In this document: positions 52,101 to 64,000 of the stretch, piece after piece
Layout: each line of letters starts with the position of its first letter
How positions within the stretch are numbered: the stretch's first letter is position 1
Assembly: GCA_013416795.1 (NCBI GenBank)
Contig: RQSC01000026.1
Location: 729,213 to 793,212, forward strand
Direction of reading: 5' to 3'
DNA from: Prasinococcaceae sp. CCMP 1430
Taxonomy: Eukaryota; Plantae; Prasinodermophyta
Length of the DNA: 64,000 nucleotides
Made by a program: the position numbers and the translations under genes
The notes under the pieces: generated by a model
The model's input: the letters and a program-made list of their open reading frames with translations, nothing else
What the model was told of the DNA's origin: nothing
The model's database searches: none

Positions 52101-53970
52101 TCAGCTGCGCACCTCGTAGGTGCCGGCGACGGCGAGGCTGCGGCTGCCCTTGTACGGCGTATACTTGATGTTGTCGAACTTGAGGCTCTCGATGCGCAGG
52201 CCGGAAACGGAGGTGCCGAGGAGCTTCCAGGCGGCCCGCAGCGAGATGTATCCCTCCGGCGGCGGCGCGCCCTCTTCCAGCCGCACGTCGCCGCTCAGGC
52301 AGGGCGCGCGGTCGTTGGGGATCTTCCCAATGGCCCACGTCGCAGTCTTCGTCGCGGCGTCCCACGATACGCTGCCAACATTCGCCGACAGCACGGCCGA
52401 GGCCACGCGCCACGCCGGCGGGAAAGGCACGGTGACGACGATGCCGTCGGCATTGCGCCCGACGTCCTGTTTCACTCCCACCATGACGCTCAGGCGTCCA
52501 CCCGCACACGTTGCTTGCGACGCGCCGGCGCCGCCCACCCCCCTTCGTGCGCCGCGCGTGCGCGCACGCACGTCAGCGCAAACGCGTCCAGGCTGCGCTC
52601 GGGACCACACACGTGTTCGCGCGCGCAGGCGCGCGCGCGCATTGGCAAGAATGGGTGCGGGTAGGATCGGCGTGGTCGAACGCACCCCGCGCTGCTGCCC
52701 CCTGGCGATCCCTGCCCTTGCTCACCAGCTACATCACCACCAGAGCGCGCGCCCGCCTCGACGATTTCCCATGCGAACTGCGGAGTCATGTATATGGGCA
52801 ACAGCCCACCCTTGGGTGCAGGAGGGCAGAAGTCTGCTAGCCTGAAGGAGCCGTCCGGCGGCACGAAGGACAGCACTCCGTCCGAGCGGAAGCGTTTGAC
52901 GCGCACGCACGGATGAAAGCGCGCGTCGCGCAGCGGGCTCGTGTCGGCGAAAGCCATCGTCAAGTCGGGCATGCCGCTAAGTTTGCAGTTGGCCTCGATG
53001 GTCGAACGCACCTCGCACGACACGAGGCGGCCGTCCAAGCGCGTCGTCGCGTCCACCGTGTCCACGATGTCGAAGTAGATCTCGTTCGCGGCGTACTTGA
53101 CCTTGGGCGAGCGCCAGGTTACCATCGACGTTGCGATATCAGGCAGTTTCTCCTTCATGGATTTCTGAGCCGAGCCCGTCACAGCAGCGGCCAGGCGGTC
53201 CACGAGCTTCGGGGGCGGCAGCATCTCGAGCAGCACGGCGGGCTCGGAGACGAAGGGCACGCCAGAGTCGGCGATCTTGCAGTGGCACGGCCGCGCGGCG
53301 AGCGCGCGTCAGCCGGGGCAAAGAGTACGCGAGAGCGCAGCTGGGCTAAAGGCATCGCTCAGAGTTTAGTGGTTAACTATCCACATCCCGCGGGGGGTCG
53401 CCTGCGAGTCGCTCTGCCGGCGGCACCCGCGCTGTGCACGCCCGCTCCGAAGAACGTACGGAGAACAGCGCGCCCCGCCCAACAGTAGCGCAGCGCAGGG
53501 CCCGCCGCAGGCGTCCCGTTCGACGGGGCACCTCGGACCCGATATACTTTAATCATGGCGATGGCTCACATGGCCGCGCTCAGCATCGCGCCTGCGCGCG
53601 CGCGCCGATGACTTACCTCGTCCAGCACCTGCACGATGGTCGCGAAGCTCTCCCTGAGCGCCTCCTCGCGCAGCCGCCCTCCGCAGTACCTGGCAAGCAC
53701 GTCGCCGACGTGTGCGAGGAACGAGAGCGCGGCCGCGGGTGGATGTTCCCTGCGTACCAGCCCAAGTAGCACCACGCCGTCGCGCCCGCAGTGCAGTACA
53801 TAGGCGCGCGGCGACGCGAGCACGGGCGGTACGGCGGCCGCATCTCCGCCAGCCGCCGCGAGCGCACGCCAGTACACGTCGCACAGCGAGCGATCGAGCC
53901 CCGCCTCCCAGTGCTTCTCCATGAGCACCTCCTGCGCCGTACCGAGCACGAAGAGCGCGGAGAGCGGCAT
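52101..53970 (-). CDS. AP3M: AP-3 complex mu subunit (exons 53617-53970, about 52726-53275, about 52101-52513)
   Basis: LMEKHW, FATIVQVLDE|IADSGVPFVSEP, TWRSPKVKYAANEIYFD, LSGMPDL, FHPCVR, SFVPPDG, WAIGKIP, SGLRIESL, YKG.RS. Confidence 0.9.
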
Positions 53971-54658
53971 GGTTCACCCCCCCCTCCACCAAGCCCTTCC
54001 CTCCCTTCCTCCCCGCCACACACACACTCTTGCGCCTCAGGCCCTCAGCGCCGAAAGGCGCACTCAACACCCTCCGCGCGCTGCAGTCGCCCGCCCGCCG
54101 CGCTGTGCCGCGCCGCCCCACCTCCTCCCACCCCCCCTTCCGCAATGGCCGTGAGGGGCACGACCGCGGGCCTCACTCCGCAGGCGGGATCGTGGGGTGC
54201 GGCGGCAGGGTGGGCAGGGCCAGCGGCGGCAGCACCGCCACGCTGCCGCTGCGCGCGCGCGCGCGCGCAGTGTGGTGCGGGGCACAGACGCCCTAAACTG
54301 GCCACTGAGTACATTTTGATCTATTATATAAACCCTGATTGATAATACACCCAAAACACGCCCCCAAACATGTGCAGCTTTTTCGCGAGTGCCAGCTCAG
54401 ACAGCTCGCTCACTGGTCCCCCTGGGGGGGGGGAGCTGCGTCACAGCTGGCACACTGTAGGCGCGCCACGCGTGGGTGTTGCTGCTGACCCGCCGCCCGC
54501 GGTGGCGGAGCTCGGCGCCCCCCTCCGGACCCTTGACGGACGCGAGGCGGGGGCGTGCATGCGCGTCAGCCCGCGTTCGCGGCGTGGCCGCCGGTGCGGC
54601 CGCTGAGAGCGTTGAGAGGAAGGCGGGAGCAGGGCGGGGGAGGGGAAGCAGAGGGGGG

Positions 54659-57600
54659 ATGTGGGAACGACATGGAGGCGACGCCGGCACGGTGGCGGCG
54701 GCGGCCGTGGAGCGCGAGCTCGGTGCAGAGCTGCTACCTCCTCGCGTCGTGCGCCCGGCGACATGTGCGGGCGGCGCGCACGCTGCGGCGCGGTGCGCTG
54801 CGCTGCGGCACGCGCACGCGGAGGTCGACGTCGCTGTTATACCGCTGCTAGTCAGGCGCAGTGGCCAGGCGAGCGGGCGCGGCGGCGGCGGCGGCGGCGC
54901 TTCCGCCGCCTCGACCGCGGGGTCGAGCGTCGGTGCGCAGCTGCCCGCGCAACAGGATCTCAGCGCGGATGGTGGGCCGTGCGCTGTCGGCCTCGCCGAG
55001 TACCTCTCCGAGCTGACGTCGGAGGGGTGCGGTGAGGTCGAGGCGGCCATGCAGGGCGACCACGGCGCGCTCGCCAGCGAGTCCGCGCGCGAGCTCCGCG
55101 TGGCGGCCGCGCGCGCCGTGGCAATGCGTGGTGGGGCGGTCGAGGAGTGTGCGCGCCCTAGACAGTCGGACGATGGCGACGGCGTGGTGGGCGCCATCCG
55201 CTCCGCCCTGCCGCGTTTCTATCCGCGAGCCGAGGCGCTCACGGCAGCGTCGCTCTCAGAGGCGGTCGCGACGGCGGCAAGACAGGGCAACATCTCGCCA
55301 GAAAGCGGTGCGGGGGCGTTGCACGCGAACCTTTCAGCCCCAGTGGCGGTGCTGGTGGGTGAGTGTGCCGCCTACGCGCTCTTCGCGACTGGCTTGAGCG
55401 CGGTCGCGTGCGCGGGGGCTTCCACGCTCGAGACGGCCCTGCGCTTCGGGCGCGGCGCGCTTCGGCGCGAGGGTGGCCTCGTCATTCAGCTTCTGGCGTA
55501 CCAGCTGCTCTCCGCGTTGGCGCCCCTACACGCGGCCGGCGGCGCGCACGGCGACGTGCGCGCGTCCAACGTTGGGCTCTCCCCTCACCTGTGGCTGCAA
55601 TTGGACTGCCTGGACAGGGCCCACGGTCGCTGCGCTGCGGACGGTCCTGACAGCGATGGTAGTGAAAGCGACGACGAGGACGGGAGCGACGGCGGACGTG
55701 ATCCCCGGGCTCTCGACGGCACGGGCAAGGGCACATCCGCGAAACCGACACGCCTCCGGCGCCTGCTACGCTCCGCCTGCGAGTCCGCTCCCTCGTGCTC
55801 GCGGTCGGCGTTCGCGCGCGCCATGTCTGCATGGCGACAAGGTGAGATGAGCAATCTCGACTATCTGCTCCTACTTAATTCGCTCGCTGGGCGGCGCACG
55901 GGTGACGAGGCCTTTCTGCCCGTGCTTCCTTGGGTCATCGACTTTACACAACCGCCCGAGGCGAGCGCGCATGACACGCGCGCGCCGACCGGAGACGACG
56001 GCTGGCGCGACCTCACAAGGAGCAAGTGGCGGCTAAGCAAGGGCGAGCAGCAGCTTGACTTCACCTACGCAAACAGTGAACCGCCGCACCACATTTCAGA
56101 CGAGGCGCTGTCGGAGCTCACCGCATGCATCTACACCGCGCGCCGTCAGCCGCTGTCGCGGCTGCAGTCGGTCGTGCGCGCAAATTACGAGCCCAACGAA
56201 TACCCAGCAAGCATAGCGCGGCTCTATGCTTGGAGCCCAGACGAGGCCATCGCCGCATTCTACGACGACCCCACCGTCTTCGACTCGGTCCACGCCAACA
56301 TGCCCAATCTTGCCGTTCCCGACTGGGCAGCATCGCCTGCGGATTTCATAGCACGGCACCGCGCGGCCCTCGAGAGCCCACGCGCGTCAGCATGGCTGCA
56401 CCACTGGATCGACCTCACTTTCGGATACAAGCTCACGGGCGCAGCGGCGGTCGATGCGAAGAATGTCGCTCTCGACGAGGCCATCACAGGGGCAAGTACG
56501 GGTGGTGCCGCAACGCTGCAGCGCGCGCGCGGTAGGTACCAGCTCTTTCGCGCGCCGCACCCGCCGCGAGGCGCCCCGACGCGCCCGGAGGCGCCGCTGC
56601 GGCTGCGTTCGCCGGGTGTCGCTGGAATGGGCGACGTGGCGGTCACGCTCTCTGGGGGGGCGGCGGCGCACGCACACGGTGGCACCGGTGCTGGCACTGG
56701 TGGTGGTGCGCGCACCAGCGTCGCGGAACCCATATTCGTGGCAGTGCCGCCCGGCGGCGCGGGCGCATTGGTGGCGACGCTCGTTGACGCTGAGCAGGAG
56801 CACGCGTTTGTGGATGCCTGCGACTTTAGCTGGGACCTGGCGCCGAACGAGCTTGACAATGCAGGGGCCATGAAGGCAGATGTCATGCGACCAGACGGCA
56901 CTCAGAATGGTGCTGCCGTCGGCGCACATGATCGCGCGAGCGAGCATGCTGGTGGTGACGGTGGTAGCGATGCGGGCTTGGACGGGATCGCTGCGAGCGC
57001 CACTGACGCTGCAGGAGATCTGATGCGTGTCGGGCGACTCCTTCGGCACATGTTGCGGGCTTGCGGGTTCGGTGAAGGCGTGCGCGCGCGTGAGGTCGTG
57101 CGCTCGCTGACGCAAGCGAGTCCAAAGATGCGCCCCTCCGCTGTTGAGGTGCTCGCGAGCTCGTACTTCACGCCTGCAGTGCGGCGCGCGCACGGGGTGC
57201 TACTCGCGCTTCGTTCGCGTCATGCGGGATCATCGTTGCTGCGCGTGGCGTCACTGCTGCGAGCGGCGCCCGCAGACACCGCAACTCTGGTTGCACCCGC
57301 GTGCATGCACGCCACGCTCACGCATGCGACGTCTGATGGTGGCAGCGCGGGAGGGGCCGTCGAGATCATACAAGAGCTCATACGCCTCCTCCCTGGCAAG
57401 GGTGTCCAGGAGCTCATCTTACCCGCGCTGCTCGACCTGCTCACGGGTCACACAAACAAGTTGCTGGGGGCGCGCGCGCGCACGCGCGCGCTCTTCGCTG
57501 GGGGAAGCGGGCGCAGCGGGAGCGTCGACGATGACGAGAGCGACGGCACGGGGGAAGCGGATGACTCGAGCGAGCAAGCAGGCGCAATGGCAGCAATGCG

Positions 57601-59752
57601 TGGACTGCACGCGCTACGCCACGCGCTTGTGCAGGCCGGCGTGGTGCGCGCGCTCGGTGCCAAGCTTGGCACAGACGAGTATGTGGCGCGCGTTCATCCG
57701 GCGCTTCTGGGCGCGCTCGAGCGCACGTCTGCGGAGGTTGCCGGTGCAGCGGCTGCGGCGCTCTCGGCGGGTTGCTGCGTGCCCATGGCGGCGCCCATGC
57801 TACTGCAGCAGACGGTCTTCCCCCTCCTGAGCAGCGCCGCGCGCGTGGGAGATCTGAGCGACGCTGCGGCAGCAGTGCTCTCGCATGCATGTGTGGAGCT
57901 TGGCGAGGAGCTCGTGGGGCGTCACGTGCTTCCAAACGCGGTGGCAGTTGCGTGCGCGCTGCCGCCGTCAATCCAAGGTAGATCGAAACGCGCGCGGGCG
58001 CGCGCATGTGCTCGATTTCGTGCTGGTGCGTACGTGCCCGCTGCTGCATTCTGGCGCTGACGTGACACGGCCCGCGATGCGCCGACAGGCAACCCGCGCT
58101 CCCACAGGTATAGAGCGATTGTCAACGCACTGCGCGTTGTCCTCGCGGCGGCGCCGCCGTCCTCATCAGTGCGCGCCCTCTCGCCACTCCCTCGCAAAAT
58201 CGCGGGGGAGCTTGCCGTGGGCTCACCCGGCTTCGTGGGCTCGCCTCCCGACCCCAGCTTTCTCCGCTCGCCATCCGCCGAGCGTGGGCTGTGGATTTGG
58301 CTCCCGGGACCAGATGAGGGTGCACTTCCTGCCTCACCGGCGGGGGCATCCGCCTCTGCCAAGCGCCTGGCGGGCGACGGCATGGGTCAGGCCGATAGCG
58401 CGAGCCTGGGAGGGAGCGTTGGGGCTGGCAACGACTCGCCGGCCTTGGGCGCAGGAAGCGCGTCGGACGCCGCCTCCGAGGCATCGGCGAGTGGCAAACA
58501 CTGGGGAATGAGCGAAGGCTTGACAACGACCCGAGGCCTTGGCGGCGGGGTCGGATTTTCGGACGAGGGTGGCCGCAGTGGCCCGGGTAGCGCATGGACA
58601 CTGCGCGCGCGCTGCCTCCTATCGTTTCGTGCGCACGGTACCGTGCTGCGTGCCGCGCAGGCGCTCGAGTCGGAAGGCCTTGTTCTCACCGCTGGTGGCA
58701 GCACACGCAACGGCCCTCGCGTGCGTCTGTGGGAACTCTCCACGGGGGCATGTGTCCGTGAGTACACCACCTCGTCGCGTGAGCCCATCACTGCCGTAGC
58801 GGCGCTGGGCACGGCCTCGGGCCCCGGCGGCGCCGTGGTCGGCTGCGATGGCGGCGTACACGTCTGGCGCACGGCGAGCGGCGAGCGAGCGCACACCTTC
58901 AACGATGCATCGGCGGTCGAGGTCTGTTCAGGTTGGGCGCCCTCGGGCGCGACCGCTGGGAACTCGTCTGCCGCTGTGCGCTTCACCGCATTCGCGTGTC
59001 TCTCTGAGCGCGTTGGCGAGACCACCGTCGTGGCCGGCACGAGCGACGGCGCCGTGATCGAGCTCGATGCCCATGCATGCGCACGCGTGTCTCGTGCGGC
59101 GTGCATGCCAGGTGGGGAGGGCCTTGCTGCCGCCCACTGGGCCGAGAGCGCTCGCGCGGGCGCCGATGCGAGCGCGCTCATGAGCGGGATGAGCGCAGCA
59201 GGCGCCGGTGCGCCGGCCGCGCCGGCTGCTGTCACGTCGATCGCCCAGCTGGGCTACTTGGGGTGTGGACGAGGGTCCCTGGCGGTCGGGCTGGCCAACG
59301 GCGCCGCCGCAGTGGTTGAGCGCGGTGCCGGCCGCCTGCGGGTGTGGTTCAAGGCGCACGACGGCGCGATCACCAAGCTTTTGCCGTACAGGGAGCATTA
59401 CCTCGTGAGCGCGGGCGCCGACAAGGCCGTCGCGCTATGGGACCTGCGCAAGGCGAGCAGCAGTGGTGCTGCGGGTGCCATGCTCGTGCACACGCTCACG
59501 GGGCTCAGCAGCGCAGTTACAGACTGCGCGATCGTCGACAGTACGGTCGCGTGCGCATCGGGCAGCAGGCTGGGCGTCGCACCGCTCGGCACGGCACCAC
59601 CCCGAGGAGCGACCATGGCCCTCGAGCCCATCCGGCTGCGCGGCGTGAAGGGCAAGCAGGAGAGTGCGGGCATCGTCGCGCTGGGGATCATGCGGCACAG
59701 CAAGCTCTTCCTCGCGGGCGCCGACGACGGCGCGCTGCATGTGTGCGTCTGA
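54659..59752 (+). CDS. GFS12: BEACH-domain/WD40 protein, GFS12/BCHD (WDR81 orthologue type); intron about 57952-58107
   Basis: Kinase-like AYQLLSALAPLHAAGGAHGDVRASNV; BEACH WRQGEMSNLDYLLLLNSLAGRR...FLPVLPWVIDF...SKWRLSKGEQQLDFTY...EPNEYP...HHWIDLTFGYKL; C-terminal WD40 AHDGAITKL...LVSAGADKAVALWDL. Confidence 0.9.
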
Positions 59753-59925
59753 TACGCACGGGGCCACGGGCGCGAGGCACGCGCGCCACGCTCGCCCCCG
59801 TACAGAAAGGGTCGCCAAAATTATCGTTTGTGACCACCAAAGGCGCCTAGCGCCGCTGGTGTGGAGGGGGAGGAGGGGGGGCTTGCATACCCGTATGAGC
59901 CGCCTCGCGCCGGTGGGCCATCAGC

Positions 59926-60372
59926 TCACGCCGCCACCGCCTTGGGCGCGTCGGGCGCGTCGCCCGCGCTCTCGTCAAGGCTGACAGAAACGCTGTTGTA
60001 GATGTCCACGACCTTGGCGAGGTTCTTGTTCAGCGTGGCGATGAGCGTCTCGTTGTGCTTGAGCGCGTCTTTCTCCTGCGAGTCCTGGTTGGCTGTGATC
60101 TCTTTGATGAGCAGGCGGTTCGCCTCGAGCAAGGAGTGCACCTCGCCGAACTTGGCGAAGCCTTCCCACTCGGCGGATGCGCCCCCAACGGCGGCTTCCG
60201 CCGCCGCGGCCGCCGCGATGGCGGCAGCCGCGTCAGCCTCCCCCCCGCCCCCCGCCGCCGCGGCTTCGCCCGGCGTGCGCACCGACGCTCTCTCTCTTTC
60301 TCTCTTTCTCTCTCCCTCTCTCTCTCGCGCGCCGCAGCGGAAAAAAAAACGCCAAAAAAAGAACGGCACCAT
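59926..60372 (-). CDS. ELF4: ELF4-family (DUF1313) circadian protein; start uncertain
   Basis: WEGFAKFGEVHSLLEANRLLIKEITANQDSQEKDALKHNETLIATLNKNLAKVVDIYNSVS matches the ELF4 core (F..V..VLD.NR.LI..VN.NH.S......L..NV.LI.ELN.NI..VV..Y). Confidence 0.82.
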   Translation of the reverse strand: MVPFFFWRFFFRCGAREREGERKRERERASVRTPGEAAAAGGGGEADAAAAIAAAAAAEAAVGGASAEWEGFAKFGEVHSLLEANRLLIKEITANQDSQEKDALKHNETLIATLNKNLAKVVDIYNSVSVSLDESAGDAPDAPKAVAA

Positions 60373-60857
60373 CGTTGCGAATCACGAGGCCGAGGCGGGA
60401 AAAACGGGAAAATAAAAAAGTAAAAAAAAAAGGCGCGTCCGACGTGGCCGACGGCACCTTTTCGCCTCGCCAGGCGGGTGTTGAGGTTTGGGGTTGGGTT
60501 TTGGGTATCATCGCGAGTTTTTTAAGTAGGGTCTGTGCATGTTAGGGCCGCGGCCGCGGCCGGGCATTTGCTGGGTGGGTGTTGAGGTTTGGGGTTGGGA
60601 TATTGAGGTTCGTTTCGGTAAATAGGGTCTACGTGTGTTTGCGCGGTCCGGTCGGGGGTTTGCGGCTGCACGGCGCGCCACACCGCACGAGCGCGCGGGG
60701 GGGGGGCGCCACAAGGCAGGGTCCTCCGCCGCGGCCGGGGCGCGAGCGGGGAGTCGTCGCGCGAGGAGACGTGACAGGGATCTGAGGGGTCGCTGGAGGG
60801 CGCGGCTGCGGCTGCGGGCGGCGCTCGGCCGGGGGATTCGCCCCGAGCGCGCGGCCG

Positions 60858-62565
60858 ATGGCGTGGCGGCGCGCGCTCCCGCTCTCGGCGGGCGCGGTCG
60901 CTGCGGCGCCCGCGGCGGCGCTCGCCGACGCTGCCGTGGCGGCGAAAGGTGCGCGCGCGAGCATGGACGGGTGCGCACTCACTGGTGCTAGCGCGCACGC
61001 GCGCGATCGCACCCGTTCGCGCCGCTGACCGCATGTACGCTGCTGGCGGCGCGATCGCAGCGCCCGAGCCCGAAGCCGACGTCGAGGTGGTGAACTGGAG
61101 CGGCACGCACGCGGTGCGCTGTGCGCGCCACTACGCGCCGGAGAGCACCGCAGAGCTCGAGGCGATCGTCGCCGGCGCGCACGCGGCGGGCGAGCGCGTG
61201 CGTGTCGTCGGTTCGGCACTCTCGCCCAACGGCACGGGGCTCTGCGCCGACGGGATGGTGTCGCTCGCGCTTTGTGACAAGGTCCTCGCGGTGGACGAGA
61301 AGCGCAAGAGGGTCACCGTGGAGGCGGGCTGCCGCGTACGCGAACTCGTGGAGGCGCTGCGCCCGTACGGCCTCACGCTAGAGAACTACGCGTCCATCGC
61401 GGAGCAGCAGGTGGGCGGCTTCGTGTCGGTCGGCGCGCACGGCACGGGCGCGGCCGTGCCGCCGGTCGACGAGCAGGTGGTCAGCCTCAAGCTGGTGACT
61501 CCCGCCAGGGGCACGCTCGAGCTCTCCGCGGAGGGCGCCGACGCGGGACTCTTCCGGCTCGCGCGCGTGGCCATGGGCACGCTGGGCGCCATCTCCGAGG
61601 TCACGCTGCAGCTCGTGGACGCGCACAGGCTGCACGAGGTGACGTACGTCGCCACCAGGGAGCGCGTGCGCCGGGAGCACGAGGCCACGCTCAAGAGATT
61701 CAAACATGTGCGCTACATGTGGCTCCCCTACACGGACGACGTCGTGGTGGTCGGTAGCAACCCCGTCAAGAAGGGCGCCGAGCTGCCCGATTGCAAGGTG
61801 CCCGCTGCGCCCGAGGTGGAGCGCGTGGCGGAAATGCGAGCGTTGCTGCGCTCCGCCGCGCCGGAGGTCGACGCGCGAACCGCTGCCGACGCCAGCTTCG
61901 CCGAGCTGCGCGACGCGCTGCTCGCGGTTGACTGCGCCGATTCCGAATGGGTGGCCAAGGTCAACAGGGCCGAGGCGGCGTTCTGGCGCAAGTCCGAGGG
62001 CGAGCGCTGCGACTGGTCGGACAAGGTGCTGGGCTTTGAATGCGGCGGCCAGCAGTGGGTTTCCGAGGTTGCGTTCCCCTGCGGCACGTACGACAAGCCG
62101 GACATGGCCGACATGGACTTCATGGAGGAGCTTTTGGACGCGGTGGAGCACGCGGGCATCGCTGCTCCCTCGCCTCTCGAGCAGCGCTGGACGTCGGGCT
62201 CGAGCTCGCCGATGAGCCCGGCGGCGGGCGCGGCCGACTCGCTGCACTGCTGGGTGGGAATCATTATGTACCTGCCAACGGAGGAGCCGCTGGAGCGCGA
62301 GCGCATCACCGCGCGATTCAAGCGCTACTGCGAGCTCGAGCGCAGGGTGGTGCTGGAGAAATTCGGGGCGCACCACCACTGGGCTAAGATCGAGCCCGCT
62401 GGGCCGCTGGGCTCGGCCGCGCTCGAGCACCAGCGCGCGAGGCTGCGCAAACGCTTCGGCGGGGGTACAGCGGCGCTGGCAGCCGCGCGCAGGGAGCTCG
62501 ACCCTAAGGGCGTCATGTCTAACGACCTCATCGAGGCGGTGCTTCCCGCCAGCGAGGGTGCGTGA
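60858..62565 (+). CDS. GLDH: L-galactono-1,4-lactone dehydrogenase, mitochondrial (exons 60858-60948, 61061-62565)
   Basis: VNWSGTH, GSALSPNG (Leu, non-covalent FAD), NYASIAEQQVGG, GAHGTG, GGQQWVSE, PIEQRW-like PLEQRW, HWAKIE. Confidence 0.95.
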
Positions 62566-62761
62566 GCGGGTCGGATGACACGGGAGTGGCTACCAGCGCA
62601 CCTCGCGGCGCGATTTGTTTCGTCTTCCTTGTTGATCAAACGTCATTTCTTCAGACCTAAGCAGCACGTCACGCGCCCCGCTCGCTCCCGGCCAAAGGCA
62701 GCTCAAGCGCCCGCGCCGCCTGGCCGCATGCGCGCGCGATTGCTCGACAGTGCGGACGAGC

Positions 62762-64000
62762 CTAATTTTCCCGGAGCCACTGTGCTGTTGACGCCCTCCA
62801 CCTATCCCTCCCGGCCAGTTGCTCCAGCGGCGTGCCCGCCGGCTTCGCGCTCGGCCCCGCCAGAAGCGCTTTCGTGGCACCGCTGGCCGACAGACAAGCG
62901 AAGTGATACGGGATCTGCCGGGAGTGGTCGGGACCGCCCTCGGCCACAGAGACCGGGTCCGAGCCGTACTCCAAGAGCATCTCCAAGACCTTGGGCAGCC
63001 GTCCCTTGGCTGCGATGTGCACTGGCTGCCGTCCGTACGCGTCCCTCTGGCCCAGCACGGCGTCGCGCAGCCCCGTATCGAGGGCCGTGCGCAGCAGCAG
63101 CGCGAGCACGCCAGGACGCCCGCCGTGCGCTGCCCAGTGCAGAGCGTTCCAACCCATCTTGTTGGGAAGCTCCAGCAAAGACGGCTTGGTGGGCGCCTTC
63201 TTCGCCGCCTCCAAGAGCAGCCGCGCCGCCTCGAACTGCCCCGCGTACGCCGCCATGTGGAGCGCGCTGTCGCCGTAGTTGTCCACCGCGCCCGGCTGCG
63301 CGCCCGCCTCGAGCAGCGCGGAGGCGAGTTCCACTTGGCCGTGGCGGCAAGCGATCATGAGCGCGGTGAGCCCCTCCGACGTCGGCGCTGCCACAAGCTT
63401 CGCCTTGTTTTTGGATTTCGCCAGCAGTAGCTTGCACACTCCGGGGCGGTCGGCGCGCGCGGTGTACGCTGACGGGCGCGACAGCCCTGCGAAGGTGTTG
63501 ACGTTGGTCCCCGAGTACGTGTTCTCGTCCTGCGTGCCGGCCATCGCACTGCTTGCCGCCATGGACATCTGCTTCTCGCGCTTTGGGGCGCCTTTGTTCG
63601 GCATCTCATTGGGCTCCGCGCGGAGATCTCTTGCCACGAGCATGGTGCCGTTGTCGGCGCCAACCAGGAGGCCCTGATCCTTGACCTTGCCCGTGGTTGC
63701 GCCCGTCGCGCTGTCCACCTGCTCAACCATCGAGCGCTTGTCGTCAAACCACTTGCCGCATGCGAACGTCCACGACCTTCCGGTGTCCTCCATGGTCACC
63801 ACCAATTTCTCGAGCAGCCACTCGGGTTCGAATCCGCTGCCGTCGTGCCCGATGCGGCACATGGTCAGCTCGCCCAGGTTGTGGTCCGTCACGTAGAAAG
63901 CATCGCACGCCCCCGCGCCAAAGAGCGAGCGGTCGGACTTGGACGTCAGCTCGTGCCAGCCCGCAAAGTTCTGCTGCGTGCCGGGCTTGAAGAAGGGCGA
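62762..64000 (-). CDS. PLAT/LH2 domain plus ankyrin-repeat protein (5' part beyond the window)
   Basis: DAFYVTDHNLGELTMCRIGHDGSGFEPEWLLEKLVV...WTFACGKW (PLAT); GLTALMIAC, GDSALHMAA, GWNALHWAA, GRQPVHIAA (ankyrin). Confidence 0.9.
   Translation of the reverse strand, partial: SPFFKPGTQQNFAGWHELTSKSDRSLFGAGACDAFYVTDHNLGELTMCRIGHDGSGFEPEWLLEKLVVTMEDTGRSWTFACGKWFDDKRSMVEQVDSATGATTGKVKDQGLLVGADNGTMLVARDLRAEPNEMPNKGAPKREKQMSMAASSAMAGTQDENTYSGTNVNTFAGLSRPSAYTARADRPGVCKLLLAKSKNKAKLVAAPTSEGLTALMIACRHGQVELASALLEAGAQPGAVDNYGDSALHMAAYAGQFEAARLLLEAAKKAPTKPSLLELPNKMGWNALHWAAHGGRPGVLALLLRTALDTGLRDAVLGQRDAYGRQPVHIAAKGRLPKVLEMLLEYGSDPVSVAEGGPDHSRQIPYHFACLSASGATKALLAGPSAKPAGTPLEQLAGRDRWRASTAQWLREN

Noticed and set aside
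1990-61060. Introner-like (repeated, transposon-derived) introns
   Set aside because: Introns share only splice signals and simple CG/CA repeats; no extended mutual similarity or clear target-site duplications seen by eye.
63825-63835. tRNA T-loop-like GGTTCGAATCC
   Set aside because: It is the antisense of the coding GSGFEPE in the PLAT domain; no cloverleaf.
1-64000. Autonomous transposable element, viral insertion or biosynthetic gene cluster
   Set aside because: No transposase, reverse transcriptase, integrase, capsid or PKS/NRPS motifs. The bacterial-type genes are dispersed, intron-bearing and match host codon usage, so they are not a contaminant or an island.

Overview
Gene-dense, very GC- and CpG-rich eukaryotic nuclear DNA with about 29-30 protein-coding genes, short spliceosomal introns (GT-AG, GCTGAC branch motif) and three assembly gaps. 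Plant-type RPN10 (LCGAKTQ), an At1g12230-type transaldolase-like gene, an ELF4/DUF1313 gene, GLDH, TGTAA poly(A) signals and AAACCCTA telo-boxes point to a green alga. An early-diverging, Prasinoderma-like lineage is my guess, not proven. Recognisable housekeeping genes: RPN10, TFIIH p34, a PUT/LAT permease, UPF2, a kinesin-6, DHAD, a COG1058 domain protein, AP-3 mu, GFS12/WDR81 and GLDH. I found no CRISPR array, rRNA, tRNA or transposase. The most interesting items are: (1) a ~1650-aa coiled-coil protein ending in a stand-alone dynein microtubule-binding-domain-like module; (2) several ciliary genes (STPG1, LRRC56/ODA8); (3) an ELF4-family clock gene; (4) a transaldolase homologue whose Schiff-base Lys is Arg; (5) bacterial-type genes (LRR-kinase, secreted alpha/beta hydrolase, DUF4359, FkbM) that already carry introns; (6) a zinc-finger-less ZPR1-like protein; (7) recurrent promoter motifs; and (8) a gene-free, AT-rich, internally duplicated island at 50.8-51.7 kb. 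All family assignments come from reading motifs by eye; no database search was run.
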